The notes beneath the pieces are model-generated. The model made no database searches, was not told the origin of the DNA, and worked only from the letters and a program-made list of their open reading frames with translations. A DNA stretch of 64,000 nucleotides from Williopsis jadinii. Lineage: Eukaryota. Shown in pieces: positions 10,751-21,059 of this stretch (position 1 is its first letter; each line of letters starts with the position of its first letter). Location: assembly GCA_024346625.1 (NCBI GenBank), contig AP024664.1, positions 3,472,001 through 3,536,000 on the forward strand, written 5' to 3'. The position numbers were made by a program, and so were the translations under genes.

Positions 10751-11647
10751 ATGAGGTTTCTAATTCTTTGGACTCTCCTGGCTGCCATTGTAGCTGCTTG
10801 GAGCTCGGAGGATATCGAGCTGTTTCAATTGCAAACTGATTTGGTGAAGTTATACGGCTCAGATGCCACCTTTTACAAGTTCTTTGAGCTTCCCAAAGGT
10901 GAAAAGAGCACCTTTGAACAGATTAGCAAGCAGTTCAAGAAGTTATCAAAGAAATACCACCCGGACAAAGCACGTGGAATCTCTAAAAAGAAGGCCAATA
11001 AGAGATTTGAGATGTTGAACCTCGTGGCAAACGTGTTGAAAACTGATAGAAAGGAACGTTATGATTACTTTTTACAGAATGGCTTCCCCAAATACTCAAC
11101 TTCAAGTGCTGGCTGGATATACGCAAGGTTCAAACCTGGCTTGATCTTCACTTTGTTGGTGCTGTTGTTGTTCATCAACGTTTCGCATTACGTTGGGACC
11201 ATCATCCAGAGAAACCAGGATAGAAAGAGAATCAATTCGTTGATCGAAGAGGTTAAACTGGTTGCAGGTAGTCAAGCTCCAAATGGTGAATTGGACTTGA
11301 CTCAGCAGAGGAAAGTACGCGTTGAAAGGCTGGAGAAGACATTTTTGTCAAGAATTGATGGTGTATTCCTCTGCGATGATGAGGACCCAGATTATTTGGA
11401 GAAAATTACCAGTGATGATATTCTCAATCCTACATGGAGAGATATCCTTTTGGTGAGATGGTTTGCCTGTGTATGGAATCGGTTGTTCAAGTCTGTCTAC
11501 TTCATAGACCTCAGCCCTCCAGCTCTACCTAAGAAGCAGGATCCATTAGACTTGGAGGAAAAGAAGGCGAAGAAGAAGAAGAAACCAACAGGAGAGAAAA
11601 AGGTATTACCTAATGGTAAAGTAATCTATAGCAAAAAGAGAAATTGA
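10751..11647 (+). CDS. ERJ5: ER membrane J-domain protein Erj5
   Basis: Signal peptide MRFLILWTLLAAIVAA, then WSSEDIELF, a J-domain HPD (KKYHPDK), YDYFLQNGFP, a TM helix and a C-terminal LPNGKVIY. ATG at 10751. Confidence 0.9.
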   Translation: MRFLILWTLLAAIVAAWSSEDIELFQLQTDLVKLYGSDATFYKFFELPKGEKSTFEQISKQFKKLSKKYHPDKARGISKKKANKRFEMLNLVANVLKTDRKERYDYFLQNGFPKYSTSSAGWIYARFKPGLIFTLLVLLLFINVSHYVGTIIQRNQDRKRINSLIEEVKLVAGSQAPNGELDLTQQRKVRVERLEKTFLSRIDGVFLCDDEDPDYLEKITSDDILNPTWRDILLVRWFACVWNRLFKSVYFIDLSPPALPKKQDPLDLEEKKAKKKKKPTGEKKVLPNGKVIYSKKRN

Positions 11648-11888
11648 TCTATTACATAGCTCTGTCTGACATGTTTATAAGTTATCGGAACGTGTGTTTT
11701 CAAAGTCCCTTCTTTATCCCAGTGAACTGTTTGGAAAGATGTACAAGAGATGGATTCAACATCCTAGCCTTTCCAGTCTACTCAAAGGGGATTTAACTAG
11801 AAGCTCAACTAATCGAATTATAGGAAGAGAGGCCAACAGAGAATTTATCCTTCTGAATGATTGATTAAATATTAAATAATTCCTGTGA

Positions 11889-13832
11889 CTAATAATCACG
11901 AATGTGTTGGTGGGACCTGTTCTTCTTAACGACATAGTCAAGATCTGTCTTGTCAAATACAAAACCCAGCAAGTTCAACTGCTCAAACTGAGGGAAGACT
12001 TTGAAGATATCTCCATGTCTTTCAAGTGCTTCACAAATCGTTCGAATCTGAGGCAGAAAGACCAGGAATACAGCATCTTCAATCTCTGTTAAAAATGGGA
12101 GATATTGCTGCTGGAAGCATCTCGCACAACCTTGTCCATAGTCATCTACTCTATTTGATGCATTGGTATATTCCCTCAACGATAGAGATAACTCAAATAA
12201 CTTGTCATCAATGGCCGTAAGATCATAGAATGACCAAAAGGACTGGTATATCTGACAATTCAAGATCTTCTGGTTCAGTATAATTCTCGAAGAGTTATCG
12301 TGCATTGTAAACTTCTTCAACTTCTTGAAACCCTGTAAATTTGTGAATAATCTTCTGGGTAGTGTTTTGTAGACACCGTACGAGCAGTTGATGATGGTCA
12401 GCTCCTCGAGGCTAGGAGATTCTGCATTGATGAAGAACTGATCAAATCGATCGCAGAAAGAGGTTGAAACACTTGGTATGGAAAATGTCAGCTTCTTCAG
12501 ACTCTTAATAGGGTAGAAACTTGAACTGGACGTATCAATTGTTTGGCTAGGAGCTGATGGATAACTAAATTCACCTGACCAGCAATTCTTTATATGCAAT
12601 TCAGTAAGGTTACCAAGCTCTGCACTTGGCTTCAGCAGTTCCCAAAACGATGCATTCTCAAAGGGAGCTTTCGAGCCCAAGATGAGTGGATCATCGAGTG
12701 TGTCAATGTTTGAGATGACAAACTTGTAGAGATTTGGAAATTTGACCTTTGCCAAAGTCTCAAGGATGAAGGCACTTGGTGTGCTGTATACACGATACTG
12801 ATAGTCCAATGTTGTACCACTCCATGGAAAGTTGGCAGCAGTTCTTTGAAACGATCCACTACTGTTTTCGTCCTCGTCGTTATCATCGTCAAGGTACTGA
12901 CTGTTCGTTTCATCATTGTCACCAAATTCAATACGGTTCCGTTCGTACTCCACACCCATTTCATATGCCTTTTTCATGCCACCTCCTAAAGACACATTCT
13001 CATCATACTGGAAGTGTCTATCAAAGTGTTCCATTGCCTTGTCCAACAAGCCAAATGCGCCGTTGACTTCTAACGACTTCAGGTTCGTATTAGTGCCTCC
13101 ATGGCCAACAATCTGCATCAAGTTCTTTGAGAGTGCTTCTCTGTGTCCTTCTGGAGCATCTGGAGAGCTGTCTACTAACCACATGTTGATTGTCAAATCA
13201 GTGAGTTCCGTGAACTTGAGATCTGGGTCCAACGCACCATCGTCCAGTCTGATGGACAGCTTCCTCAGGTTATTCACAACGCTTGGGTTCAGCGAGGATA
13301 GCTTGGAGAGTGGGATCTTTGGCAAAACAATGGACTTCAAATTTGGCAATGCGCCAACAACAGTATCCCAGTACTGTCTCAGTTTCAAGATGTAGTTAAG
13401 ATCAGACTGTGTCAAGTGCCTGTACTGATCCAATTGGCCAGAGTCCAAAACGTTGAAGCTGGCAATTTCCTCCACGTATTCCAAGAACTTGAGCTCATTC
13501 ACTCTGCCTTTGTTGATCTTCGTATATATGTTTTCAAAGAATGATGAGATCCTGGGCCAGGAAGATATCAACGTTCTCCCCGTGCACTCTGCAAGGGACT
13601 GGTAGAACTTATCGTTCAGCTTCTCACAGATCACCAGCGACCTGTAGAGTCTCATCTGGCCGGGATTGACCAGCTTCGAAGATAGTCCCATGAGGTTCAG
13701 CACATCGTTCTGTGGGAGATATGAGAATATCCTCGTCAGGATGTCATCTGGTAAGTCTGTCAGTGACGACACTCTGTATGCTCGCTTCAGAGCCTGCTGT
13801 GGGTCCTCAAAGGTGCTGTTTCGCTTTGGCAT
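11889..13832 (-). CDS. F-box protein with LRR-like C-terminal region
   Basis: F-box LTDLPDDILTRIFSYLPQNDVLNLMGLSSKL, followed by repeated LxxLxxLxI segments (PNLKSIVL, NLRKLSI, ELTDLTI, NLTELHI, SLKKLTF). First ATG at 13832. Confidence 0.8.
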   Translation of the reverse strand: MPKRNSTFEDPQQALKRAYRVSSLTDLPDDILTRIFSYLPQNDVLNLMGLSSKLVNPGQMRLYRSLVICEKLNDKFYQSLAECTGRTLISSWPRISSFFENIYTKINKGRVNELKFLEYVEEIASFNVLDSGQLDQYRHLTQSDLNYILKLRQYWDTVVGALPNLKSIVLPKIPLSKLSSLNPSVVNNLRKLSIRLDDGALDPDLKFTELTDLTINMWLVDSSPDAPEGHREALSKNLMQIVGHGGTNTNLKSLEVNGAFGLLDKAMEHFDRHFQYDENVSLGGGMKKAYEMGVEYERNRIEFGDNDETNSQYLDDDNDEDENSSGSFQRTAANFPWSGTTLDYQYRVYSTPSAFILETLAKVKFPNLYKFVISNIDTLDDPLILGSKAPFENASFWELLKPSAELGNLTELHIKNCWSGEFSYPSAPSQTIDTSSSSFYPIKSLKKLTFSIPSVSTSFCDRFDQFFINAESPSLEELTIINCSYGVYKTLPRRLFTNLQGFKKLKKFTMHDNSSRIILNQKILNCQIYQSFWSFYDLTAIDDKLFELSLSLREYTNASNRVDDYGQGCARCFQQQYLPFLTEIEDAVFLVFLPQIRTICEALERHGDIFKVFPQFEQLNLLGFVFDKTDLDYVVKKNRSHQHIRDY

Positions 13833-14360
13833 TCGGTGCAGCAGAGCAGTTAACACACGCTGTACAACAACTAATGGTCTCCTTGATCAACAACACTGGC
13901 TAAGAATGCTGTGCTCCTCCCCAACTGCGTGCAATAAGTCTCGCCCTGTGATCAAGTCCACTGTGGCTTTGACCAAGCTGGGATTTTCGTGATCATTTCG
14001 CAATTCCGCGTGGCGGTCCTCGCTTGTGCTTCTGCTTAGTCTGTGATGCGTGCAACAATTGCACTTGGCCCATACAGTTCACGCCATCCATTGTGCTGTC
14101 CACCACCGCACAGACTCCCTCTAATTTCAACTGCACCTTCCCACGACCACCACCACCACGCTCATTTGCCCCCCCAATCGACCTCTCCATTCTGCCTGTC
14201 TTCTGCTCACGCCCACCAAACCAGCAACCACACAAAGCATCGCACACGCCAAAGGCGGGAAAAGGTTCGTATTCCCAATTAGGATAAAAGTTCCCCTGAC
14301 CTCGCACTGAAAAATTTTGGACGTAGCTGTGTGCACTTTCATAGTCAGAGAGTGTGAAAA

Positions 14361-14367
14361 TTAGTCA
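14361..14367 (+). promoter_or_regulatory. Yap1/Cap1 response element upstream of GSH1
   Basis: TTAGTCA about 280 bp upstream of the GSH1 ATG. GSH1 is an established Yap1 target. A Met31/32-like core ACTGTGGC lies at 13960-13967. Confidence 0.55.
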
Positions 14368-14646
14368 GAGGTTTCCTTCTTGATTACAAATAGAGGGTCT
14401 GTGGGCCAAGAGGAAGGGATAGAGAACGCTAGCAGGAGCAAAGCAAACACAGTGCTCTTGACTATACACCACGAAACACTTGAGGAGGGTCAGCACAATT
14501 TGTTCATTCCTTTTCAGCAGAGGTGGCCAGTCTTTCTTGGAGTATATACTATCGGCTTAAGGTTTAGTCGGGAGGAACAAGAAGCGACACACACAGCGAA
14601 CCGACACACTTGGGAACCCATTGCTTAAGCTATTGAGTACCATACG

Positions 14647-16641
14647 ATGGGGCTGCTATCATTAGGGACTCCGCTTCCTTGGGAACAGACAAGGGAGTAC
14701 GCGGAGCACGTCCGCACTGAGGGTATCGAACAGTTGATCAAGATGTTCAAGGCTGCATATGCAAGAACCGGTGATGGCTATCTATGGGGAGACGAAGTGG
14801 AGTATACCCTGGTCAAGTTTGATCATGGTCGTGGTCTTGCTCTGTTGAGTATCGATAAGGACAGCGTATTGGCTGATCTCAACGAGGGCGGATCACTGGC
14901 ACAGTTGTCTGTGGACAATGATCTCAACTTCCACCCGGAATATGGCCGCTTCATGCTGGAGGCGACACCGCTGGCTCCGTACAACGGTGATTCGCTGGAG
15001 AACTACTTGTACGTGGAGAGGAACATGAACAGCAGAAGATCAGTGGCGCAGACTGCGATTGCTGACGGCACCATCAAGCCGTTGACCATAACGGTGTACC
15101 CATTGATGGGCATCAACACCTTCACCTTCCCATCAGCGGTGGCTAACGGCGAGGCATCACAATCGCTGTTCTTACCGGATGAGATCATCAACAGACATGC
15201 GAGATTCCCAACATTGACGGCCAACATTCGGAAACGCCGTGGTGAGAAGGTGGCCATCAACGTACCGCTCTACAAGGATACAAATACGTTATCCATTGAC
15301 GAGTCAATTCCAAAGGGACGCTCCCTGTTCAAGCACGACGAAGAACCAGAGCTCGGTGCAGCACTGCCAGGGCATATATACATGGACTCCATGGGATTCG
15401 GTATGGGATGCTCATGTCTACAAGTAACAGTGCAAGCACCAAACTTGAACAGAGCTCGTTACCTCTATGATTCATGGGCTAATTTTGCACCATTGTTCCT
15501 AGCATTGACGGCAGCAGCGCCAGTGTTCAAAGGCCACTTAGCTGACCAGGATGTCAGATGGAACGTCATTTCTGGTGCTGTTGATGATCGTACTGCCTAC
15601 GAGCGTGATGTTAAGCCTCTGCATAGCGATGGCGCATTTGGTGGAATGACAGACGAAGCCAAAGCTCGGGCTCAGAAGATCCCTAAATCTCGTTACGATG
15701 GCATCGATTCTTTCCTTGGTGATATTCAGAACGATTTCGCAAAAGATGGGGAAGCAGTGTTCAAGTACTTCTCTCCAGAGTTGAACGACATCAGCCCTCC
15801 AATCAACGAGAGGACGCTACAGAGACTCGCACAGGAACCTCAGTTTGACCCTGTCCTTGCTCGTCACTTTGCACACTTGTACGTTCGTGATCCAATTGTG
15901 ATATTCGAAGAACGTATACACCAAGACAATGACGATGAAACGGATCACTTTGAGAACATTCAATCCACTAATTGGCAGACGTTGAGGTTCAAGCCACCAA
16001 CTCAACAGGCAACACCGGATAACAAATCCGTTCCAGGATGGAGAGTGGAATTCAGAACAATGGAGATCCAGCTCACAGATTTTGAGAATGCTGCTTTCTC
16101 AATCTTCATTGTTCTCCTGGGACAGGCAATACTTGCGACAGATTCCAACTGGTACATTCCAATCTCCAAGATTGAAGATAACATGAAACGTGCACATCAC
16201 AGGGACGCAGTATTGAAGGACAAGTTCCATTTCAAAGCTGATATCAGCTCGCCAGCATTCGACACGGTGGAGCTGTCACTGGACGAGATTGTCAATGGCT
16301 GCGATAGCTTTATCGGATTGATGGCACTTGTGAAGAAGCACTTGGAATCTCGCTTTGGAATTACTGGTGACGACTTATCGCCAAAGGGTACACACGCTAG
16401 GATCTACTACTACTTGGAATTGATCTCCAAGAGAGCCAGTGGCGAGCTACCAACTGCTGCTAAATTCATAAGAAGGTTCTTGCTCGACCATAAGGACTAT
16501 CAACACGACTCCAAAATAACTGCTAGAATGAATTACGATTTGTTGAACAAGTTGAATAGCATTTCAGAACTTGGCGAAGATGTTAGACAGTTGTTGGGTG
16601 ATGACATAGGCAACTACTTGATAAACAACCCAAAGGCTTAA
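14647..16641 (+). CDS. GSH1: Glutamate-cysteine ligase (gamma-glutamylcysteine synthetase)
   Basis: MGLLSLGTPL, WGDEVEY, HPEYGRFMLEATP, IYMDSMGFGMGCSCLQVT, DHFENIQSTNWQ and PGWRVEFR motifs. Confidence 0.98.
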   Translation: MGLLSLGTPLPWEQTREYAEHVRTEGIEQLIKMFKAAYARTGDGYLWGDEVEYTLVKFDHGRGLALLSIDKDSVLADLNEGGSLAQLSVDNDLNFHPEYGRFMLEATPLAPYNGDSLENYLYVERNMNSRRSVAQTAIADGTIKPLTITVYPLMGINTFTFPSAVANGEASQSLFLPDEIINRHARFPTLTANIRKRRGEKVAINVPLYKDTNTLSIDESIPKGRSLFKHDEEPELGAALPGHIYMDSMGFGMGCSCLQVTVQAPNLNRARYLYDSWANFAPLFLALTAAAPVFKGHLADQDVRWNVISGAVDDRTAYERDVKPLHSDGAFGGMTDEAKARAQKIPKSRYDGIDSFLGDIQNDFAKDGEAVFKYFSPELNDISPPINERTLQRLAQEPQFDPVLARHFAHLYVRDPIVIFEERIHQDNDDETDHFENIQSTNWQTLRFKPPTQQATPDNKSVPGWRVEFRTMEIQLTDFENAAFSIFIVLLGQAILATDSNWYIPISKIEDNMKRAHHRDAVLKDKFHFKADISSPAFDTVELSLDEIVNGCDSFIGLMALVKKHLESRFGITGDDLSPKGTHARIYYYLELISKRASGELPTAAKFIRRFLLDHKDYQHDSKITARMNYDLLNKLNSISELGEDVRQLLGDDIGNYLINNPKA

Positions 16642-17085
16642 TGACAACTAGAGGGAGGAGACTACGCCATTTTGCATATAAACATAGACAACGTCCTATA
16701 CAGTATTTAATTATAAAAGAGTTCAGCTCGTGATATCGATGGATATGACGACCAAGACAGCTACAAGCCATAGATTAAAATTAAACCAAACAATCCGTTG
16801 AGGAAGGCCATGGTGTAGTTCTCTTAACATTTTTATATATCTAGTAAAAACTCTCTCTAGAAACATTCTAGTTCCAGAAACCCCCAAAGACCAAAAACAT
16901 CAATTGCATATCACAATCTCTGTTCCTTTCTTTCTCTTTCAAAAAGTGTATGAAAAAGATGGTAATAATGCAATCGTAAGAACGTAAATCAGTATTTTCA
17001 TGAACATCACATTAGACATAGCAGTTGATGCAAGTGTCAATTAAAACAAGGTGAAAAAAAAGGTGTCATAGCAAGAGCACACCGC

Positions 17086-18438
17086 TTAGTAACGGTAGTG
17101 GTCAGCCTTGTATGGACCCTCAACTGGAACACCCAAGTACTCGGATTGGACAGGAGTCAAAGTGGTCAACTGAACACCCAAGTGCTTCAAGTGGAAACGA
17201 GCAACAGCCTCATCCAAAACCTTTGGCAAGACGTAGACTTGACCCTTCTGGAATGGACCAGTCTTGGAGAACTCAATGTTCTTAGCTCTGAAGGCCTCAT
17301 CGTTAGCCTTGAACAAAGCGATTTGAGCCAAGACTTGGTTAGAGAAAGAACAAGACATGACAAAGGAGGAGTGACCAGTGGCACAACCCAAGTTGACCAA
17401 TCTACCCTCAGCCAACAAGATGATGTGACGACCAGACTTCATGGTGAAACGGTCAACCTGTGGCTTGATGTTGACGGTCTCAACGGCGTTGGCCTTCAAC
17501 CAAGCAACATCAATTTCAATGTCAAAGTGACCAATGTTACAGACAATGGCATCTTCTGGCATTTGCTCAAAGTGGTCCTTGGTGAGGATATCTCTACAAC
17601 CGGTGGTGGTGACAAAGACTTGACCAACGGAAGCGACATCCTTCAAGTCAGCAACTTGGTAACCTTCAACAGCAGCTTGCAAAGCGTTGATTGGGTCAAT
17701 CTCAGCAACAATGACACGGGCACCCATACCTCTCAAGGCCATGGCACAACCCTTACCAACATCACCGAAACCAGCAACGACGGCAACCTTACCAGCAAGC
17801 ATGACGTCGGTGGCACGCTTGATACCGTCAATGAGGGACTCTCTACAACCGTACAAGTTATCAAACTTGGACTTGGTGACGGAGTCATTAACATTGATGG
17901 CTGGGACCTTCAAAGTAGCCTCCTTGACCATCTTGTACAAGTGGTGAACACCGGTGGTGGTCTCCTCGGACAAACCGAAACAGTCCTCCAACATCTCTGG
18001 GTACTTCTCGTGGACGAGGGAGGTCAAGTCACCACCGTCATCCAAGATCAAGTTCAACTTCTTGTTGTCCTTGAAGGAGAACAATTGCTGCTCGATACAC
18101 CACAAGTACTCCTCCTCGGTCTCACCCTTCCAAGCAAACACTGGGACACCAGCGGCGGCAATGGCAGCGGCAGCGTGGTCTTGGGTAGAGAAGATGTTAC
18201 AGGAAGACCAGGTGACCTCGGCACCAAGAGCAACCAAAGTCTCGATCAAGACAGCGGTTTGGATGGTCATGTGCAAACAACCGGCAATTCTAGCGCCCTT
18301 CAATGGTTGTTGATCAGCGTACTTTCTTCTGATCTCCATCAAACCTGGCATCTCGTTCTCAGAGAGCTCAATTTCCTTACGGCCAAAGGCGGCAAGGGAG
18401 ATATCAGCGACTTTGTAGTTAACAGCTGGTGCAGACAT
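17086..18438 (-). CDS. SAH1: S-adenosylhomocysteine hydrolase
   Basis: [50 protein letters not shown] and C-terminal DHYRY. Strong codon bias. The true ATG is at 18438. Confidence 0.98.
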   Translation of the reverse strand: MSAPAVNYKVADISLAAFGRKEIELSENEMPGLMEIRRKYADQQPLKGARIAGCLHMTIQTAVLIETLVALGAEVTWSSCNIFSTQDHAAAAIAAAGVPVFAWKGETEEEYLWCIEQQLFSFKDNKKLNLILDDGGDLTSLVHEKYPEMLEDCFGLSEETTTGVHHLYKMVKEATLKVPAINVNDSVTKSKFDNLYGCRESLIDGIKRATDVMLAGKVAVVAGFGDVGKGCAMALRGMGARVIVAEIDPINALQAAVEGYQVADLKDVASVGQVFVTTTGCRDILTKDHFEQMPEDAIVCNIGHFDIEIDVAWLKANAVETVNIKPQVDRFTMKSGRHIILLAEGRLVNLGCATGHSSFVMSCSFSNQVLAQIALFKANDEAFRAKNIEFSKTGPFQKGQVYVLPKVLDEAVARFHLKHLGVQLTTLTPVQSEYLGVPVEGPYKADHYRY

Positions 18439-18550
18439 TTCTGGTGTGTAGTGAAGTTTAGGCAATGGATTGTCTAATGAGGGAAAGTGAAAGGAAGAAG
18501 GAGAAGAAGAAGAAGACAGAGGGAAAATTTTCAAAAGCGCCAGAAATTTT

Positions 18551-18598
18551 TTTTCACATGTCGATGTTCTTTTTTCTTGTCTTGTCCGCACATGTGAA
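18551..18598 (-). promoter_or_regulatory. Inositol/choline-responsive elements (UASino, Ino2/Ino4) in the SAH1 promoter
   Basis: TTTTCACATG at 18551-18560 matches WYTTCAYRTG, and CATGTGAA lies at 18591-18598. Both are 110-160 bp upstream of the ATG. Confidence 0.6.
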
Positions 18599-18747
18599 CG
18601 AGCGGACAAAAGAAAAAGCAATTTAAACGAGACATGTGGATGAAGGACATTTGTTTGTTTACTTTTCAGTTGCTAAGCTGTTTGGGTTTGTAAGCACGTT
18701 CCTTGAGAGCAATGAAGGAGCAATGCCTCGTGGTGTCTGTATGAGCT

Positions 18748-18782
18748 GTGGTTTCCATCGTGGTTTCCATCGTGGTTTCCAT
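18748..18782. repeat. 12-bp tandem repeat, about 3 copies (GTGGTTTCCATC)
   Basis: Read directly in the SAH1/TDP1 divergent intergenic region. Confidence 0.85.
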
Positions 18783-19181
18783 GGTGAGCTATGTGCTGGT
18801 GCCTGTCGCAGTTCTCAACCGCTGTGCTCAACTGTTTGGACTAGCACTATGCGGTGCCTTGTGTGAGGTTGTTGGCGTAGTGTAGGGTTGTTGGTGCAGT
18901 GTGGCTAGGAGTTTGTTAAAGGGGATAAGCGTAGCTGGGTTTCATTAGCGTCCAGTACAAGAGCCATTGTGTGCGATGCATCCAAGCACGGGTAGAAGAC
19001 CATGTCGTTGTAGGGAGTGGTGTACCTGGTTCAGGGAGGTCGATGACACGTAGTGGATGGTTAGGCCCGCGAACGTTTCGTAGGTTATATGGGTTTTCTG
19101 TATTTTCATAGATTCATACTCCTCATCCTTCTGACTGCTTGATACGTGTATGTCTCCATACTCAAGCAAGGCTAGCCATTG

Positions 19182-21059
19182 ATGAGCGAACATAGTGTGC
19201 AGGAGACTGTGAGAAGGGCGTGGATTGCTCGAGCGGAAGAACAGAGCACGGTGTCAAAGCGTTGTAGCGCGCAAGGCGATGAGGAGCACGCCGGAAAGCA
19301 CCGGTTGAGCGATGATGAGGATGGTGGCCAGCCGACGAAGCTTCATAAGCTGCGTGCTGACGAGTGCAAAGATGAAACAAATAGAGGTCCCCAATTAAAA
19401 GAATCAGTTGTTATTGAGGGCTTGGAACCTGGTTCTAATAGTGCACCAACAGATCGAGATTCGTTGAATTTGAACAAGGGTGATGGAAAAGACATTGATG
19501 ATGATATCGCTGTTACACTGTCAAGCTTCTGCTCCACAGATTCAGATTCAGATATTGAGATTGTGTCTGTTAAAAAGTTGAGGCAATCACCTTCTGAAGG
19601 ACAAGATGCACGTATTGTTCATAGGGATGAGAGATATGATGTTCCACCAACTACACGCAGTAAAGAGGAGCAAATACAACGTGGCTCGAACCCTGTGCCA
19701 TATGCCAGCGTTAAACCACCGTTTCAACCAATTCACAATGAGCTGTATGATGGGAAAAAGAAATTGCCAGGCGCCATCACTCTCTCCGATATTCTTTGCG
19801 TGCCTAACTTGGAGAGGTCATATCTCTTTACCTTCAAATGTGACTTGGGATTTGTATACGATAATTTGAACCCGGCAAACAAAACCCATGTGACTGTTGT
19901 TGTTCAGCAGGAGAGTTTATGGGGGGAAGGTGTGGCTTACAGGGATGCCACCTACCATTGGGATATTGTTGAGGTTAAAATGGCACCATTCACGTCGCAC
20001 CATTCAAAATTATACATCAACGAGTTTAAAGATGGGTCCATTAAATTGTGGATAACAAGCTCTAATTTGACAGAAGAAGAATTCACCATGAACAACCAGA
20101 TGTACTGGTCAAGTCCACTGTTAAAGGACAAAAGACCAGGTGGTACACCAATGACCAGTTTTCAAACCCGGCTAATTCAACAGCTGCATAATTACAGAAA
20201 GCCCGTATTCAACTCCATTGCAAAGAAGCTCAGATCTTTGGACTTTACATCAATTGTCGGCGAGTACATTCCATCTGCAACCGCATCACATACAAATAGC
20301 TTTGGGTTTTTACCACTGATCTCTTCCCTAGAGGAGCTCAACGAGATCCCAACTGAGCACTTGCAACATCGGAAACTATTGTACCAATCGTCGTCTATAG
20401 CATCTCCTTATAGTCATTCAAAGATAACCCATAAAGCTGCAAACATCTTTACTCATGGACTAGCACCTCTAATGTTGGGAGCTTGTGGGACGAATCCACT
20501 TGGCAATATGATGTTCATCAAACCTGGTCAGGACTCCCTCAGTGATATGCTTGGAAGGACAAACAGCGAGCTATTGGTTGTGTTCCCGACGGAGGATGAT
20601 GTTGTTAACAGTAAGTTTGGACGCCAGTCAGGCGGGTGGTCTGTGTATAATCCAAGTTCGGAGAAAGGTCGTGATCAGGATAAGATCTTACGACCAGTGT
20701 TCCACAGAAGTGTGACCAGGCAACGTGGGTGTAATCCGAGTCACACAAAGTTCATCATGATGACTTCGGATAACTTCCAAACCCTTGATTGGGTTCTTTT
20801 CACAACACATAACATGTCCAAGCAGGCTTGGGGAACACCGCCCAACGCGAAGTCAAAGGGGCTAGAAACGACGGTTTCCAACTACGAAAGTGGTATATTG
20901 ATAAGTCAACGACATTATCCCGGTAAGAAACTGGTCCCCGTGGAGCTGGGAGAGGATTACTCCTCTTTACTTGAACACGAGGTTCCGATCATCCTACCTT
21001 TCAAAGTGCCTCCGCCCAAATACAGCGACACGGATAAACCGTGGTGTATCTTTGGCTGA
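19182..21059 (+). CDS. TDP1: Tyrosyl-DNA phosphodiesterase 1
   Basis: Two HKN motifs (HHSKLY...TSSNL and SHTKF...TTHNMSKQAWG), YQSSSI, VSNYESG and PPKYSDTDKPW. Long disordered N-terminus. Confidence 0.92.
   Translation: MSEHSVQETVRRAWIARAEEQSTVSKRCSAQGDEEHAGKHRLSDDEDGGQPTKLHKLRADECKDETNRGPQLKESVVIEGLEPGSNSAPTDRDSLNLNKGDGKDIDDDIAVTLSSFCSTDSDSDIEIVSVKKLRQSPSEGQDARIVHRDERYDVPPTTRSKEEQIQRGSNPVPYASVKPPFQPIHNELYDGKKKLPGAITLSDILCVPNLERSYLFTFKCDLGFVYDNLNPANKTHVTVVVQQESLWGEGVAYRDATYHWDIVEVKMAPFTSHHSKLYINEFKDGSIKLWITSSNLTEEEFTMNNQMYWSSPLLKDKRPGGTPMTSFQTRLIQQLHNYRKPVFNSIAKKLRSLDFTSIVGEYIPSATASHTNSFGFLPLISSLEELNEIPTEHLQHRKLLYQSSSIASPYSHSKITHKAANIFTHGLAPLMLGACGTNPLGNMMFIKPGQDSLSDMLGRTNSELLVVFPTEDDVVNSKFGRQSGGWSVYNPSSEKGRDQDKILRPVFHRSVTRQRGCNPSHTKFIMMTSDNFQTLDWVLFTTHNMSKQAWGTPPNAKSKGLETTVSNYESGILISQRHYPGKKLVPVELGEDYSSLLEHEVPIILPFKVPPPKYSDTDKPWCIFG

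Noticed and set aside
14647..14670. Possible alternative (CUG-Ser/Ala) genetic code
   Set aside because: CTG encodes conserved Leu in GSH1 (MGLL) and TKL1 (ALLYS, LHL), supporting the standard code.
17098..18477. 459-aa ORF antisense to SAH1 (similarly 46587-47330 and 47694-48377 opposite TKL1, and 59040-59735)
   Set aside because: These are antisense shadow frames. Codon usage in these genes avoids TTA/CTA/TCA, which removes stops on the opposite strand. No ATG start or protein motifs.
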